Below are positions 63,492 to 64,000 of a stretch of DNA of 64,000 nt, piece after piece. The DNA is from Thermomicrobiales bacterium. GTDB taxonomy: Bacteria > Chloroflexota > Chloroflexia > Thermomicrobiales > UBA6265. A program made the translations under genes and the position numbers. The stretch's first letter is position 1; each line of letters begins with the position of its first letter. The notes below the pieces were generated by a model. It was not told where the DNA came from. It worked only from the letters and a program-made list of their open reading frames with translations, and did no database searches. The stretch spans positions 380,023-444,022 of the forward strand of contig JAHBVL010000002.1 of assembly GCA_019637585.1 (NCBI GenBank). The letters run 5' to 3'.

Positions 63492-63584
63492 GGAAGGGTC
63501 GCATAGTTTGGCCTAGTGCGCGCGACTGGAAATCGCGTAGACGGTGATGCCGTCTCGTGGGTTCGAATCCCACCCCTTCCGCCA
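63492..63584 (+). tRNA. tRNA-Ser (anticodon GGA), CCA encoded
   Basis: Acceptor ggaaggg/cccttcc, stem cgcga/tcgcg, loop ctGGAaa, long variable arm, T-arm gtgggttcgaatcccac. Confidence 0.85.
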
Positions 63585-63596
63585 AATCGACTCCCA

Positions 63597-64000
63597 CTAG
63601 TCGGCGCGAAGTTTCGCGTCGATTTCGCGTTTCAGCGGCATCGATGGTTGCGCGCCCCGCCGCGTGACCGAGATCGATCCAGCGATCACGCCTACTCTCG
63701 TTGCGTCCAGCGGAGATCGGCCGCGCCCGACCTCCGCGGCAAACGCACCGCAGAAGGCATCGCCCGCTCCCGTCGTATCGACCGCATCGACCTGAGGCGC
63801 CGGAACCACGTCAGTTCCGTCCCCAGAAGCGACGACTGCCCCCTGACTCCCCGTCGTGATGACCACCACTGCCGGACCCAGATCGCGCAGTGCTCGGGCG
63901 GCATCCGGCCAGGCGCCAGACGCCAGGTCTCTGCCCAGCAACGCGGCGGCCTCGACCTCGTTGACTACCAGCATCGAAGCGGCCAATGCCAGCGCCCTGC
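63597..64000 (-). CDS. PfkB-family carbohydrate kinase (ribokinase-like), C-terminal part; 5' end is outside the window
   Basis: 'VDAVDTTGAGDAFCGAFAAEV' PfkB signature 2. The frame stays open past the listed start to nt 64000. Confidence 0.75.
   Translation of the reverse strand, partial: RALALAASMLVVNEVEAAALLGRDLASGAWPDAARALRDLGPAVVVITTGSQGAVVASGDGTDVVPAPQVDAVDTTGAGDAFCGAFAAEVGRGRSPLDATRVGVIAGSISVTRRGAQPSMPLKREIDAKLRAD

Overview
High-GC bacterial chromosomal window, about 67% GC in a core-gene sample I counted by hand. Gene content and style look Chloroflexota/Thermomicrobia-like, but I cannot verify taxonomy here. All calls come from reading the ORF translations and the DNA by eye; no searches were run. 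Most of the window is housekeeping. In order: alpha-glucan/trehalose genes (treS 3' part, mak, GH57 branching-type enzyme, malQ), mreB, a membrane GGDEF cyclase, an LLM oxidoreductase, radC, ftsY-ffh, a glutaredoxin-PDZ fusion, mgtC, a SprT-like/trmH pair, the phoU-pstBACS operon with a Pho-box-like repeat, a Ctp protease, coaX, an EF-G paralogue, RNase HI, T-box-controlled thrS, pfpI, a HAD hydrolase and an MBL hydrolase. These are followed by a divergent CUT2 sugar ABC transporter / split transketolase / iolG-iolB-iolD locus, a ku-ku-ligD NHEJ module, a DmpA-type peptidase, a Kef-type antiporter, an acyl-CoA carboxyltransferase plus acyl-CoA ligase, a VOC protein and a pfkB kinase (3' part). 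There are seven tRNAs: Val-GAC, Asp-GTC, Ser-TGA, Ser-GCT, Arg-GCG, Ser-CGA and Ser-GGA. Accessory DNA falls in two places. (1) Downstream of tRNA-Val: a serine-recombinase C-terminal remnant, an AlkZ/YcaQ-like protein, a cupin, a D-Ala-D-Ala carboxypeptidase and an intact IS481-family element. (2) Downstream of tRNA-Asp: a lower-GC islet with an orphan HNH + DGQHR(DndB/ParB-like) fusion protein. It is followed by two orphan secreted proteins (one Tat-exported and Cys-rich), a small iron-permease-family protein and a secreted serpin. The best candidate for something undescribed is the HNH-DGQHR protein, which has a domain order swapped relative to GmrSD/SspE-type enzymes. Next is a pair of ~100-nt conserved non-coding repeats bracketing the Cys-rich protein gene. 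Intergenic regions also carry STRR-like heptanucleotide tandem arrays whose units recur at distant loci, a widespread-type ~104-nt palindromic element, a cluster of 14-bp palindromes, and a ~180-nt rod-like hairpin upstream of the EF-G paralogue.
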